Source of the DNA: Octopus vulgaris
Taxonomy: Eukaryota
Assembly: GCA_951406725.2 (NCBI GenBank)
Contig: OX597831.1
Coordinates: 78,678,001-78,742,000 of the forward strand
Length of the DNA stretch: 64,000 nt
Direction: 5' to 3'
The position numbers were made by a program, and so were the translations under genes. Position 1 is the stretch's first letter. Each line of letters opens with the position of its first letter. This document shows positions 28,650 to 44,439 of this stretch, in pieces. The notes under the pieces were generated by a model. It saw only the letters and a program-made list of their open reading frames with translations, did not search any database and was not told where the DNA came from.

Positions 28650-28650
28650 A

Positions 28651-28710
<60 letters not shown>

Positions 28711-28779
28711 CGGACTGCTACGCACAAACATACAAACCTACATGTTACCATGCTTGCTAACACGTTTTGTACACCATCA

Positions 28780-30140
28780 TCAGCGCTACTTCCGTCACAA
28801 CTATAAAACCACCATCAGTTCCTCCACCGTCGCTCCAAGAATAAGCATTATGCTCGCCACCACCAACACCACCATAAGCATTACGACAAACGCAGCCACC
28901 ACCATTGCCATCACAGCTACCACTATCACTAACACTACCGTGATACCCGCCCTAGCACTACCACCAACATCAGTACCACTCCCTCTAACACAAATACCAT
29001 CACCACCACCACCACCGATAATAATAGCAACCATAACAGCCCTACTAGCGCCAGAACTGCCACAACCAATACCAATACCGCTTGCACCGCCCCCCTTTCT
29101 TAGCAAACCACTCAGCACTCTAAACTACACCACACCGCTCCTCTGCCCTGTTAATACTACCACCGGTACTCGCACGTACACCATTAGTACAACGGAATCC
29201 TTCACTGCCACCCGAGCCACCCCACGCCCTAACACATCTCAGAAATCCACTCCTCCCGCTCTTCCACCGTCGCCTCTTCACTTTTGTATCAGATTGTACA
29301 TTATAGCGTACCACACCGTCGCGACACTCCAACCGTTACCACCACTACAGCTATAGTCAAAACCACAACAAAAACCGCTATCACCAAGAGCAGCAAAAAC
29401 AACAACAACAGCAACAACACGAACGAGAAGTACAGACTGGAAACTTGGTAACAGCACCATCGCTGGACCCGTGACCACCATCACCGCCGCCGCCACCACC
29501 ACCACCACCACCACCACAACCATCATCGCCACCAACACCGCCATCACAACCACCATCAACGCCACCACAACCATCATCGCCACCATCACCACCACCACCA
29601 TCATCACCACTAGTACCATCACCACCACCACAAACATCAATGCCACAAGCATCACCATCGCCATCACTAACAGCACCCGCTACATCGCCACCAACACCGC
29701 CATCACAACAACTAGCACCACCGCCACAACCATCATCACCACCATCGCCATCACCACCAGCAGCGCCACCAGTCAAATCGGTACAATCCGAACAAATACC
29801 TTGATTTCTTGTCTCTCTCCCTCACTTCCTGTTCTGCTTCATCGTCGTCGCCCTCATCATTACGCCTATCATCATCTTCATCCGCAGCAGCAGCAGCCGT
29901 AACTCCATCATCGTCAACACCAACATCATCATCGTCATAGTCATTGTCACCGTTCTTATCATCATCACGATAATCATCATAACCATCATCATCAGCAGCA
30001 GCAGCAGCATCGATATCATCATCATCATCATCATCATCATTATCATCACCGTCATCATCATTTTCGTCATCCCCTTCGTGGCTATGATCTTCATCATCTT
30101 CGTCGCTCATGTCGCCATCGTCGTCGTAGTTGTCATCATC

Positions 30141-30173
<33 letters not shown>

Positions 30174-30238
30174 GTTATCATCGTCATCATCATCATCGTT
30201 ATCATCATCGTCATCATCATCATCGTTATCATCGGCAC

Positions 30239-30282
<44 letters not shown>

Positions 30283-30390
30283 CCATCGTCATCATCATCA
30301 TCATCATCGTCATCATCATCATGGTTATCATCGTCATCATTAACGTCATCAGTATCGTCATCAACGACGTCGTTGTCATCATCATGGTCA
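28780..30390. repeat. (ACC)/(ATC) compound low-complexity tract
   Basis: Direct reading. Confidence 0.85.
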
Positions 30391-30550
30391 CACCGCGCCG
30401 CACAAGGATCAACGTTTCGCCGTTTGCTGTTCGCCGTATTATACACACACAAACACACTGATACACACACCCACACACAGTCGCAGACATAAACACCCGA
30501 TCACGCAAACGCCCCCACATACACACATACAACTACAGTCACACACAAGC

Positions 30551-30583
<33 letters not shown>

Positions 30584-30661
30584 ATATATACACCCACATA
30601 TACAAACACACACAGATATACATATATACGTATACACATATACATACACGCATTTAAACAA

Positions 30662-30700
<39 letters not shown>

Positions 30701-30730
30701 CAAGCACATATACAAACACACATAGACATA

Positions 30731-30784
<54 letters not shown>

Positions 30785-31215
30785 CACACACATACACATA
30801 CAAACACAGATAAACAGACATACACACAGATACACACACACACACACACACAGGCACACACACAGGCGGGGCAAGCATGCGAAAGTCTTTATTCAGCTAA
30901 CTTACTTTAAAGCACCGCTAAAAGCGGAAACCTTCCGGGCAGGAGAAGACGGACAAAAAACAACAACAAAACAAGAGAAAAAAAGAAAGGAAAAAGGAAA
31001 GAGAGAGAGAAGAAAGTGAAGAAAGGAGAGGAGGAAGAAAATTGCCGCTAATGACCGACTAGATTCCATGTCGACAGTTTCAAAGCTAGCAATGATAGAA
31101 AATGCTCAGAACGTAGCCATCTTCTGGTGCTGTTACGGTAATGGCGAACAGTACAATCGCTCGGTAATTTTCTGGCTTTTAAAAAGAAAGACGAGCGATG
31201 GAAATGTGGTGGCGC

Positions 31216-31268
<53 letters not shown>

Positions 31269-31460
31269 GGACACACGCAGGCGCTGAAGGATGCATTTAC
31301 ATATATATACATTCACACGTATATATAGAAATATATATATATATATATATATTCATATCGATATACATAGTAAGAGGCTCCAAACTCATACTCAGTGTGT
31401 GACTATATGTATGGAGAGAGAAACGTACACAGAAAGACAGAAAGGCAAAGAAAGAGAGAA

Positions 31461-31563
<103 letters not shown>

Positions 31564-31647
31564 TGCAGAGCCCGATGTAGACAATGAAGGTTGAAGACAT
31601 TCAGCACCATGTTCTCAAAATGCATCCATATCTATACATATACATAC

Positions 31648-31717
<70 letters not shown>

Positions 31718-31795
31718 ACATATATGTATATATTTATATACACATACATATATATATATATATTTATTTATGCATTTAATAATATATATGTATAT

Positions 31796-31886
<91 letters not shown>

Positions 31887-31896
31887 TATAAATATA

Positions 31897-32159
31897 AAGG
31901 GTAAGCAACAGGTTGCTCAGCCACATACCGAAAAATTAGAAATAGCAGTTAAAGACCGCTTATTTCTATTTTCTACAAAAATAACTCCACATATAACATA
32001 TAAATGTAACTCACATATCTAAAACAGGATGAAAAATAACGAAAACAAAGTCTTCGGTTAGTTACGGACGCGTTTCTGGGGCAGAAATATAAACAAATTC
32101 ATTCCCGAAATCTACCCTGAAATAATTGTTGATTTTAAAATCAATAACTATTTACCCTT
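31897..32159. repeat. (TA)n-embedded element related to the ~290-bp family, with short inverted termini
   Basis: AAGGGTAA...TTACCCTT ends; shares ctgctatttcta..cggtatgtgg (minus) with 16797-16823; minus-strand GAAACGCGTC half-hammerhead near 32067-32076. Confidence 0.55.
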
Positions 32160-32384
32160 ATATTATTACATATATATATATATATATATATATATTCTTT
32201 TATTCTTTTACATGTTTCAGTCCAATGACTGCGGCCATGCTGAAACACCGCTAATGTGATCATCTTTCCACTTTACACCTACGTCGGAGCGGCTTTTGGT
32301 GAAGGATGGAGTTAGATGCTACTGCCCTCTTTTGAGTTTCTTGCTTAGATATTGGCTCATCCGGGATCTCGGCGAGCCAGAGAT

Positions 32385-32615
32385 CAAGTTCGCGTTTGAT
32401 CATTAAAAAGATAAAGGTGTCAGTTACAACATCCATTTGGAGATCTTAGACAAGTGTAAGCCCTCTACCAACGGCAGTGGAAAGTGTGGTCTATGTGATA
32501 GATACCTCATCTGGAAAAGAAGCTTAGATCCCGCTACATGTCTGAATTCAAGAACTGAACTTTTCTGATCATGCCCAAACGTGGCCAAATATTTGTTACG
32601 TTTTTGGTCGCCCAC
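32385..32615 (+). pseudogene. Penelope-like element GIY-YIG endonuclease C-terminal remnant
   Basis: Hand translation KDKGVSYNIHLEILDKCKPSTNGSGKCGLCDRYLIWKRSLDPATCLNSRTELF*SCPNVAKYLL fits the CxLC..LNxRxEL..C..KxLL pattern of PLE ORF ends. Confidence 0.75.
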
Positions 32616-32882
32616 CGAGATTAAAGGTGGAACTTACTCTCTATATTGTGTCCACGCACAAGCTTTTTATCTCTTTATACCTCTTACTTATATTTTATAT
32701 ACATTTATATATTTTTTATACATATATTTTTTACATATTTATAGAGATATTGCTTTATAGATTTATTGCTTATATATTTTTTACACATCATTTTTCTGTA
32801 TTCTACCTTCCAGCCTACATTTTTCCCTGTGCATATACAGACGTGTATATGGAATCCTTTCTGCGCGCGTGTGGATGTGTGC

Positions 32883-33935
32883 GTGTGTGCAGTATGTGCG
32901 TATATAGGTGTGTGTGTGCAGTATGTGCGTATATAGGTGTGTGTGTGCAGTATGTGCGTATATAGGTGTGTGTGTGCAGTATGTGCGTATATAGGTGTGT
33001 GCGTGCAGTATGTGCGTATATAGGTGTGTGTGTGCAGTATGTGCGTATATAGGTGTGTGTGTGCAGTATGTGCGTATATAGGTGTGTGTGTGCAGTATGT
33101 GCGTATATAGGTGTGTGCGTGCAGTATGTGCGTATATAGGTGTGTGTGTGCAGTATGTGCGTATATAGGTGTGTGCGTGCAGTATGTGCGTATATAGGTG
33201 TGTGTGTGCAGTATGTGCGTATATAGGTGTGTGTGTGCAGTATGTGCGTATATAGGTGTGTGTGTGCAGTATGTGCGTATATAGGTGTGTGCGTGCAGTA
33301 TGTGCGTATATAGGTGTGTGTGTGCAGTATGTGCGTATATAGGTGTGTGTGTGCAGTATGTGCGTATATAGGTGTGTGTGTGCAGTATGTGCGTATATAG
33401 GTGTGTGTGTGCAGTATGTGCGTATATAGGTGTGTGTGTGCAGTATGTGCGTATATAGGTGTGTGTGTGCAGTATGTGCGTATATAGGTGTGTGCGTGCA
33501 GTATGTGCGTATATAGGTGTGTGTGTGCAGTATGTGCGTATATAGGTGTGTGTGTGCAGTATGTGCGTATATAGGTGTGTGTGTGCAGTATGTGCGTATA
33601 TAGGTGTGTGTGTGCAGTATGTGCGTATATAGGTGTGTGTGTGCAGTATGTGCGTATATAGGTGTGTGTGTGCAGTATGTGCGTATATAGGTGTGTGCGT
33701 GCAGTATGTGCGTATATAGGTGTGTGTGTGCAGTATGTGCGTATATAGGTGTGTGTGTGCAGTATGTGCGTATATAGGTGTGTGTGTGCAGTATGTGCGT
33801 ATATAGGTGTGTGCGTGCAGTATGTGCGTATATAGGTGTGTGTGTGCAGTATGTGCGTATATAGGTGTGTGTGTGCAGTATGTGCGTATATAGGTGTGTG
33901 TGTGCAGTATGTGCGTATATAGGTGTGTGCGTGCA
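32883..33935. repeat. 29-bp minisatellite, about 36 copies
   Basis: Unit GCAGTATGTGCGTATATAGGTGTGTGTGT with a single T/C variant position. Confidence 0.95.
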
Positions 33936-34486
33936 TGCGAGTATGTGCGCATATAGACGTGTGTATGAACTTTTTTGTGCGCTCGTGTGTGTGTGTGCGT
34001 ATATAAACGTGTGCGGGTATGCGCGTATATAGGCGTGTATGTGTGCGTGCATACGGGTATGTGCATATATAGACGCGGTTTACTCTGCTTTTTTATACAC
34101 CCTTAAAAATTTTTCTCTATTGTTACCCATAGCCCTGCTTTTACTTGTGCTTGTGCGTATACAGACGTGTGTATGAACTGCTTTGGTGCGTATGTGTGTG
34201 TGTGGGGGGGGGGGGTTGTATATATATATGTATATGTATATATATATTTGGCGAATGGTGCGGGTGAGAATGTGTACGTTTCTAGAGAGGGTGGATTAGT
34301 GTATACTTTTAGACGCATGTAAGTGAGTGTGCGGGTGCATATGTGTAGGTATGGACATGCGTGCTTACGCGAATACTTTTACTCCCTCCCCTCACTTAGC
34401 GGTCATTCAAATAGCTCTTTTGTCTTAATAACGGTCAATCACACAGTAATTTCTCTTTGTATAACATTTCATAACATTTTTTCCGA

Positions 34487-34560
34487 TGGCCGGATAACTG
34501 AAGAAATGGCGGTGTGGATTTTCACCACGGCATCCGAAACTCGGAGTTTTATCATGGCTA
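34487..34560 (+). ncRNA. Type I hammerhead ribozyme-like structure
   Basis: TGGCCG-GATAA-CTGAAGA-[stem II]-GAA-ACTCGGAGT-T-TTATC-A-TGGCTA; 11-bp bulged stem I, near-palindromic stem III, GUU triplet; base of stem II mismatched. Confidence 0.75.
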
Positions 34561-34657
34561 CCGAATACTTGTCACATATTACATTTACAGATAGATTCCT
34601 CAATTTGCATAATATCGAGGTCTCTTTCTTTCTTTTGTTATCTTACCAGTTTTGTCA

Positions 34658-34702
<45 letters not shown>

Positions 34703-34781
34703 CTCACATACATACGTCCATTCATACATATATGCGTGAATTCATACATTCCACGCACCACATACACATATACATGTTATA

Positions 34782-34819
<38 letters not shown>

Positions 34820-35454
34820 CATACCTACATATATACTTCATATACTTGCATATATATTCGTGTGCATTTTGTGCGGTATACAAGAAGAAGAAGAAGAAGA
34901 AGAAGAAAGAGGAGGAGGCGGAGGAGGAGAAGAAGAAGAAGGAGGAGGAGAAGGAGAAGGGGAGGAGAAGAAGAAGGAGAAGAAGGAGAAGAAGAAGAAG
35001 AATAGGAAGGCGACGACGATGCTGATGACGATGATAACGACGATGACTATGATGGTGATGATGATAATGATGATAATGATAATGATGATGATGGTCATGA
35101 TGAGAGCAACAAGAATAAAGACGACGAGGACGAAAAGAAAAGTGAAGAAAGAAAAAGAGAAAAAGAGAGAGAAGGAAAGAATGAAAGAAAGAAAAAAGGA
35201 AAGAAGGAAGGAAAGAAGGAAGACAGAAAGAGAGGAAGGCAGCAAGAAAGAAAGAATGAAAGAAAGGGCGAAAGAAAGGTGCTGACGATGACAATATTTA
35301 TGTTGAAATTTGAATAGAGAAGGGAGATATATCAGAGACAAATCACCAGAAAATGTCTGAAGAAGGAACCAGAAAGAAATGAAGACAGCCCTCAAAGAAG
35401 AATCCCAGAGGTCGTACGGAATATGCCAGAACAATTTCCATTCCATAATGTATA

Positions 35455-35715
35455 AGCATCCAAGAATTCCGAAAGGATTGAAGGCAAAGTCGAGATCGGC
35501 GGAATTTGAACTCAGAACACGGAGAGAGAGGAAATGGCGCTTAGCATTTCGCCCTGCGTGCTAAAGGTTCTTGCAGCTCGACGCTTTTGGTTTCAAATTT
35601 TGGCACAACGCCAGCAATTTCTGGGGGAATGGGGAATAAGTCGTTTACAGCAATCCCAGAACACAGCTGGTACATATTGTATCGACCCCGGAAGGGAGGG
35701 AAGGCAAGTCAACCT
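35455..35715 (-). mobile_element. Two adjacent diverged SINE family A fragments
   Basis: aaggcaaagtcgagatcggcggaatttgaactcagaac and atcgaccccggaagggagggaaggcaagtcaacc. Confidence 0.7.
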
Positions 35716-35736
35716 AATCTAGAAATACCACCGCCG

Positions 35737-37434
<1,698 letters not shown>

Positions 37435-37990
37435 ATGCCCTGATGCAGTACCAGGCAGTGGCTCTCATGGCTTCTGATCTTAACTGATTAGTAGTGTTAT
37501 CATGTACATTGTTTTGTCTTGGTATAAAAGATGGGCTACAGCAAATATTCTGCTCAATACCACAGATTTGCTTGTCAGTTGTTTGACCTTAACCAGTTGA
37601 GCATGTCCCTTAGTGGCTGACGATATGTGCATCTCTGATCACGAGCAGAAGTAGTGGGGGAGCATCATAGCCATGTGTTGAGAGGGATTCTTTGGGGTTT
37701 GAATAGTTCACCTCTGGAAACATGGGTGGTTCTTTCAACATCCTTAAACAACCCTTATTCAGGGACCGTTTGAGCGGGATGGGCTACTCAACCTGAAGAA
37801 AATTCTAACTGGGCCCCACCTGCAAGGTCATGTGCTGTTTATCTTGATATGAGATCACCATGTCGCGCACATATGGTTGTGATGCATGTGCCTGGTGTAC
37901 CTTTATCAGACGGGTAGTCATGATGGGTATATTGGGCTTCGTATATTTTACCCCAGTGTCACTTTGATGGCATGAACTGCTCTCTCACTC
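37435..37990 (+). mobile_element. ~555-bp non-coding interspersed repeat inserted in (AAT)n
   Basis: atgccctgatgcagtacc...ctctctcactc|aataataat; second full copy at 20530-21082. Confidence 0.9.
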
Positions 37991-38641
37991 AATAATAATA
38001 ATAATAATAATAATATTAATAATAATACTGTTACTACTGCTGATGATGATGATGATATTACGACCACTGCAAGTACTATTGTTGCTGCCGCTGCTGCTAC
38101 CACTGCTACTACTACTGGTACTACTACCACTACTACTACTAATGCTGCTGCTGTTGCTGCTGCTGTTGCTGCTGCTGCAAATGATGATGATTATGGTGAT
38201 GACATTACTACTACTACTACAAGTACTACTGCTGCTGCCACTACTACTACTACTACTACTGCTGCCACTACTACTACTACTTCTACTACCACTACTACTA
38301 CTACTACTGCTGCTGCTATGACTAGCAGATAAGAAGAGAAGGAAGAAGAAGAACCGGGTGGAAAAGTAATATATTCCGTCAACAAGATATTGCATCTGAT
38401 CGCTCGGTAGCTCGAGGCGCTTTTTATAGGAGTTATTTTTTCTAAATATGGTGATTACGATGATGACGACGATGATGATGATGATAATGATGACAATCAT
38501 GATGATGACAAAAATGGTTTCCAATAAGGATAAAAACATAAGTGGTAAAATGGTTATTAAATTATGATTTATTAAATTTTTTCTTCTCTTAATACGCAGA
38601 AATCACGGATAAGTTTAGTAATCGAGGATATATATACATAC

Positions 38642-38691
<50 letters not shown>

Positions 38692-39011
38692 TGAGAAGAT
38701 ATCAAGTGTCGGGTTTCAACTTGTTATATATGACACGGAAAACCTGGGTGTTGATTAAAATACGGTTATTGCCGAGATATTTTGCTTTAAGACAACTTAA
38801 CATTTTCATTTCTTTAAAAAAGAAATTGGAAATTAAAAAAAAAAATTATCTTCATCATCATCATCATAATCATCATTGTTATTATTATTATTAATTATTA
38901 TTATTTATTATTATCATTATTACTATTAATATTATGATCATCATTATTATTATTACCATTATTATTGTTGTTGCTGTTGTTGTTATTATCGTCATCAGTA
39001 TTATCATTCTT

Positions 39012-39187
<176 letters not shown>

Positions 39188-39192
39188 CATTA

Positions 39193-39224
<32 letters not shown>

Positions 39225-39642
39225 TGTCCTTCTGGCTTTAGGAATTAACTTTATTTCGGAATTTCATTTTTCTAGAATTATTACTTATTTATATAATTTT
39301 GTTTGCTTCGCTTTTAAAAATATATGTATAATATTTATTTATTTATTTTATCAATATGTTGAACATCATTGACTTATAACATTAGTATAATCGGTTGAGT
39401 GCCGGAGAACATTGCTTGTTATATTTAGTTCGTAATTTCACTTTCACTGTTCAAATCCTACTCTCGTCTAATGTCCCGTCCCCCTTGTGATGGTAAATTT
39501 TGAATTTCCACTTTCTGTGGATGATAACATATAGCACTATTCTACTACCAGATTCTGTTTATTCGCATGTTCGATCCCTCAAAGCTGTGCCCCTTGTACT
39601 TATGTTGAAATTCAATATCGGCCAAATCGATAACCATCGTCA

Positions 39643-39877
39643 CGGCGAGCTGGCAGAAACGTTAGCACGCCGGGCGAAATGCGTTGCGGTATTTCGTCTG
39701 CTGCTACATTCGGAGTTCAAATTCCGCCATGGTCGACTTAGCCTTTCATTCTTTCAGGGTCGATAAATTAAGTACCAGTTACGCACTGGCGTCAATGTAA
39801 TCGACTTAATACGTTTGTCTGTCCTTGTTTGTCCTCTCTGTGTTTAGCTCCTTGTGGGTAGTAAAGAAATAGGTATT
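39643..39877 (+). mobile_element. tRNA-derived SINE family A, full length, tail type 2
   Basis: ggcgagctggcagaaacgttagc (A box), gagttcaaattcc (B box), tail tgtgtttagctccttgtgggtagtaaagaaata. Confidence 0.9.
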
Positions 39878-40030
39878 TATTTTGTGGTACTATTTCTTTT
39901 TTCCATTTTTTACTTGTTTCAGTACTACTGCTGCTGCCGCTATTGCTGCCACCACTACTACTACTACTACAACTACAACAACTACTACTGCTACTGCTTC
40001 TACGACTAGCAGATAAGAATACGAAAGCAT

Positions 40031-40128
40031 AAATACTGATGGCGAAGTGAGTCGCGAAACAGCCGAAGAGTCGAGTGGTCTTAACTGATGAGGCAAGGGA
40101 AACTGCCGAAACTGGCGCGTCAGTATTT
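40031..40128 (+). ncRNA. Structured island with two tandem hammerhead-like cores
   Basis: CTGATG-GCGA-agtgag-TCGC-GAAAC and CTGATGA-GGCA-agggaaac-TGCC-GAAAC..GTC; the ends pair (AAATACTGATG/CGTCAGTATTT). Confidence 0.55.
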
Positions 40129-40377
40129 GGAATTCTTGATTGGCACTTTTAGGACGATTATGGTCCCTGTTAGTATATATGCTTTCATTCATGTGCGTTC
40201 ACTACAGCATTAGAGCAGTTTAGCTCTTATTTCTAGCAATGTCTGTGTTTCCTAACACCCTAACACCCTGGTCACATTTAGTGGACATTGGTAATTCTCC
40301 TCTTTGGTGAAACATTGGAAACTACTGTTTATATTAATTTTTATACATATATATATATATGTGTGTGTATGTGTGAA

Positions 40378-40542
40378 GGACTTCTTTCAGTTTCCGTGTA
40401 CCAAATCCACTGACAAGCGTTTCGTCGGTCAGAAGCCATAGTAGAAGGGAAGGCACTTTCTCAAGGTGCCACGCAGTGGGACTGAATGCGAAAGCATGTG
40501 GTTCGGAAGCAATCTTCTTACCACACAGCCACGCCTGAGCCT
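40378..40542 (-). mobile_element. SINE family B 5' half
   Basis: aaggtgccacgcagtgggactgaa..cttcttaccacacagccacgcctg, tRNA-like head on the minus strand. Confidence 0.8.
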
Positions 40543-40756
40543 ACTATTTGCATTTACATTCTGTGTTCAAATCTTAGCAAGATCGAATGTACCAATCGAA
40601 TATTTGATCCTGTGTGCCAATGTTAAAAAAATACAAAAAATACTACAAAAAAAAAGAAACAGAAACCAGCGTTCATACACTGAGGTGGATATTTCAAAAG
40701 AAGGCAGATCAGGTTGATTATATGGTATAACCTATATTTGATTCATATGACAAGTC

Positions 40757-41110
40757 AGCGAGCTGGCAGAATCGTTTGCACGCCGGGCGAAATGCTTAGC
40801 GGCATTTCGTCCGTCTTTACGTTCTGAGTTCACGTAGTCGACTTTGTCTTTCATACTTTCGGGGTCGATAAATTAAGTACCAGTTTCGTAATAGGGTCGA
40901 TGTAATCGACTGGCCCCCTCCCACCAAATTTCAGGCCTTGTGCCTATAGAGGAAAATAATCGTTGGCATTTCATCGGTCTTTATCACAAATTTCGCCGAG
41001 GTCGACTTTGCCTTTCATCATTTCGGAATCTATAAAGCAATTACCAGTTTAGGGCATAGATTGGAATAATTAACTTAGTCCCTACCCCGAAATTGCCGGC
41101 TTTAAATCCA
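40757..41110 (+). mobile_element. SINE family A (tail type 1) followed by an older headless copy
   Basis: Same head and body as 39643, but tail aaatttcaggccttgtgcctatag; the second copy starts at ggcatttc near 40966. Confidence 0.8.
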
Positions 41111-41834
41111 ATTCATTTACATCTTATTAACTACGGAAGTAAAAATCCTGGTGCATATTGTGCAAAGATTTACCGTTTCTGTATATCCTGATGAATGGAC
41201 AAATATACATACACGCATGTCGCCGAGTTAATGTTTACGAAACAAAAACCCTTCGAAAACATCTTTGTGACGTACAATGAACAACGGACTTACAGGACCT
41301 TCCTGGACATTATGTGTCTCGCCTTGAACATTCTACAATTACCCAAACACATACGTTTGACCCTACATTAATCAATTCGTCCATCGTATTTTTTAACGAT
41401 ACAGTATTATTTTAGAAAGAGCTTCCCCGTTCTATTTAGCAAGCTGAACCATGCGTAAGCACTTCCTCTGTAGAGTCAATTGGTACTAGGTACATACAAT
41501 ATCAGCATATTCTATAATAGTCGTTACAAATATTACATTGCCATGAGAATTCCGACAATCTGAGCAATCGGTTCAAATATCGCCGATACAAACTTCAACT
41601 TTATCATTACAGAGATAATAAGTACGGTACCAGTCATGTAGTCGGGCTGAATTCTTTCTCTCTGTCATGTACTCTTTCTGAAAAGAACCAGGTATCATAA
41701 AACTTTGAGAGGGACATGGTATCCTACAGGTCTAAAAAGTCCAAGACACTAGGTATGCCGTTGTGGAACCAAAAGGCGTTCATCAAGGAACTGCAAACAC
41801 AATAGAATGTAAGGTAGATGTTGATCTTTTACTA

Positions 41835-42060
41835 GTTCTCTTTTGCTTGTCTTTGTCTTTGACCTGCAGCCATGCCGGGTCACTAATCGGAAGGGTTTTG
41901 TTGAATAATTGCCCATTGTACTTATTATTTCCAAATCTGGCACCTATTCTATCAGTCTCTTCTGCCGAACCCATAACTTATGGGGATGTAAGAACCCGCC
42001 GCCAAGCGATAAAGAGGGACAAGCAAAATCAAAGACAGGCAGACGCACACCCACGTACAA
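41835..42060 (-). mobile_element. Old SINE family B 3' half
   Basis: tgcagccatgccggg..ctattctatcagtctcttctgccgaacc..ggggatgtaa. Confidence 0.6.
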
Positions 42061-42521
42061 ACACACTTATATACACTGCCTAAATACGAATCTTGAGAAA
42101 TTAGGCTTCCCAAAGCCAGAAAGGACAAAGCGAATTCGAAGACTACAGATGCAATCCTTCACTAGAACTGTAAGAATCTATAAAACTTTCCAGAAGTTTA
42201 TTATTTGAATATATATGAGTATGTCTAGATATACAACTACTTGCATGAGGATACATACATAAAACGAAGCAAATGTGCAAGTATACATACACACACATAC
42301 ATACATACATACATACATACATACAAACATACATACATACATACATACATACATACATACATACATACACACATACATACATATAAACAAACAAACAAAA
42401 ATACCCTGTTGTTGATGTTGAAATTCCAATGAAGGAGCCTTGGATCTAGGTTAGAAACCGGCTCTTTCTCTATTGGCATCAAATATTGAAAGAAATTGAA
42501 TAATGACATACATACATACAC

Positions 42522-42572
<51 letters not shown>

Positions 42573-42587
42573 CACAAACTCAATAAA

Positions 42588-42940
<353 letters not shown>

Positions 42941-43474
42941 CGAAAACACCTAAAAGCTTCACGACGCTCCGGCAGGGGCGACCCCTGCTGTACTCTTTCT
43001 TCTGTTGGCCTGCTCGCTTAGCCAGCGGGGTGGCGTCATTTGAAGGCTAAAACAATGCGAAGCGCATTGTGACCAGCGATGTGTAGCAACATCTGATAGC
43101 CTGGTCGGTCACGTGATCACATATAAACATACATACCCGATGAGTTTCCATACAGTTTCCATCCACCAAATTCACTGATCCGGCCAGGCACAGATGTAGA
43201 AGTCACGTGCTCAAAATGCCGCACCATAAACTGTGACTGAACTAGAAACTCCCTCGTTGCCAAAGGGACCTCTTTACCAAAGGGACCTCTTTACCATACA
43301 ACCATTCCTGTGTCTGCGTTGATTAAATAAATGATTCCCTTTCTTTTGTAAATCCGTAGTTTTTATTAATTTTCAAAATACAAGTTGGAACAGGTGTGCT
43401 CGTGTAATAAAAATTTCTTTCTCAATCACATGGTCCCGGGTTCAGTCCCACTGCGTGACATTTCGGGTGGATGT

Positions 43475-43709
43475 TTTCTTATTTCTTTATTGCCCACAAG
43501 GGGCTAAACATAGCGGGGATAAACAAGAACAGACAAAGGGATTAAGTCGATTACATCGACTCCAGAGCGTAACTGGTACTTAATTTATCGACCCCGAAAG
43601 GATGAAAGGCAAAGTCGACCTCAGCGGAATTTGAACTCAGAACGTAGCGGCAGACGAAATACGGCAACGCATTTCACCGTCATGCTAACTTTCCTGCCAG
43701 CTCGCCGCC
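43475..43709 (-). mobile_element. SINE family A with 14-bp TSD, nested in a family B SINE
   Basis: TTTCGGGTGGATGT at 43461-43474 and 43710-43723; host SINE spans about 43390-43790. Confidence 0.9.
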
Positions 43710-44156
43710 TTTCGGGTGGATGTCTTGTACTATAGTCTCAGGCCGACCAAAGTTTTGTGAGTGGAATTGCTAAACAGATACTGTGTGTATATGTATGTGT
43801 GTGTGTGTATATGTGTGTGCGTGTGTGTTTGTGTGTATGTGCATGTGCATGAGTGTGTATGTGTGTGTGTGTGTGTTTGTGTATTTATAAAAAAGAAGTT
43901 TGAAAACGCCATTACATAAGATAAATTTTAATTCTCTGAGAGATTATACGTTTCGATTTTTTTTTAAAGTTAAGCCTCATAAAAAGCTAAGCCTCATAAA
44001 AGAAAAGTTCGTAATTATTTCTTACTAGTTTCGACAGAGTCCATGTGGTGCTGTTTTATGTGTGAAAAATTAATGGCTGTCTTGTGCGTTGACTAGAATC
44101 GTTGGCTGTAATAGTGAAAGTGTATATATACATATATATATATAAATATATATGCA

Positions 44157-44318
44157 TAGGAGGAGAGTTCACGAAAAAAACAAAAGACAGGTGGTGTACA
44201 AAACAAACATATGTATTAGTATAACGCTCAGGGATTAAAATACGTTTCGAGCCTTCGCTCCTCTACAGAAAGGGACACAGAAAAAAAAACAAGGAGAGAA
44301 ACAAGGAGACGAAAAAAA
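44157..44318 (-). mobile_element. Short hammerhead-family element, degenerate
   Basis: Minus CTTT-CTGTAGA-G-GAGC-GAAG-GCTC-GAA-ACGT-A; 3' arm of stem I apparently deleted; TA-rich flanks. Confidence 0.65.
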
Positions 44319-44439
44319 TATACATACACATATATACATATACATACATATATATATGCATACACATACACATATAGATATGCATATACATATATATATA
44401 TACCCAAATATATATATATATATGTGTGGGGGGGTATGT

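Noticed and set aside
30895-31215. CpG-containing unique stretch with a minus-strand GTAAGT donor and CCGGAAG motif (possible first exon)
   Set aside because: Short motifs only; cannot be supported without transcript data
32705-34066. Three long His/Thr/Tyr repeat ORFs, or a CRISPR-like array
   Set aside because: A stop-free 29-bp tandem unit with no spacers explains all three frames
42425-42466. CCAATGA..hairpin..GAAACCGG hammerhead-like remnant
   Set aside because: Core deviates at key positions and stem I is unconvincing
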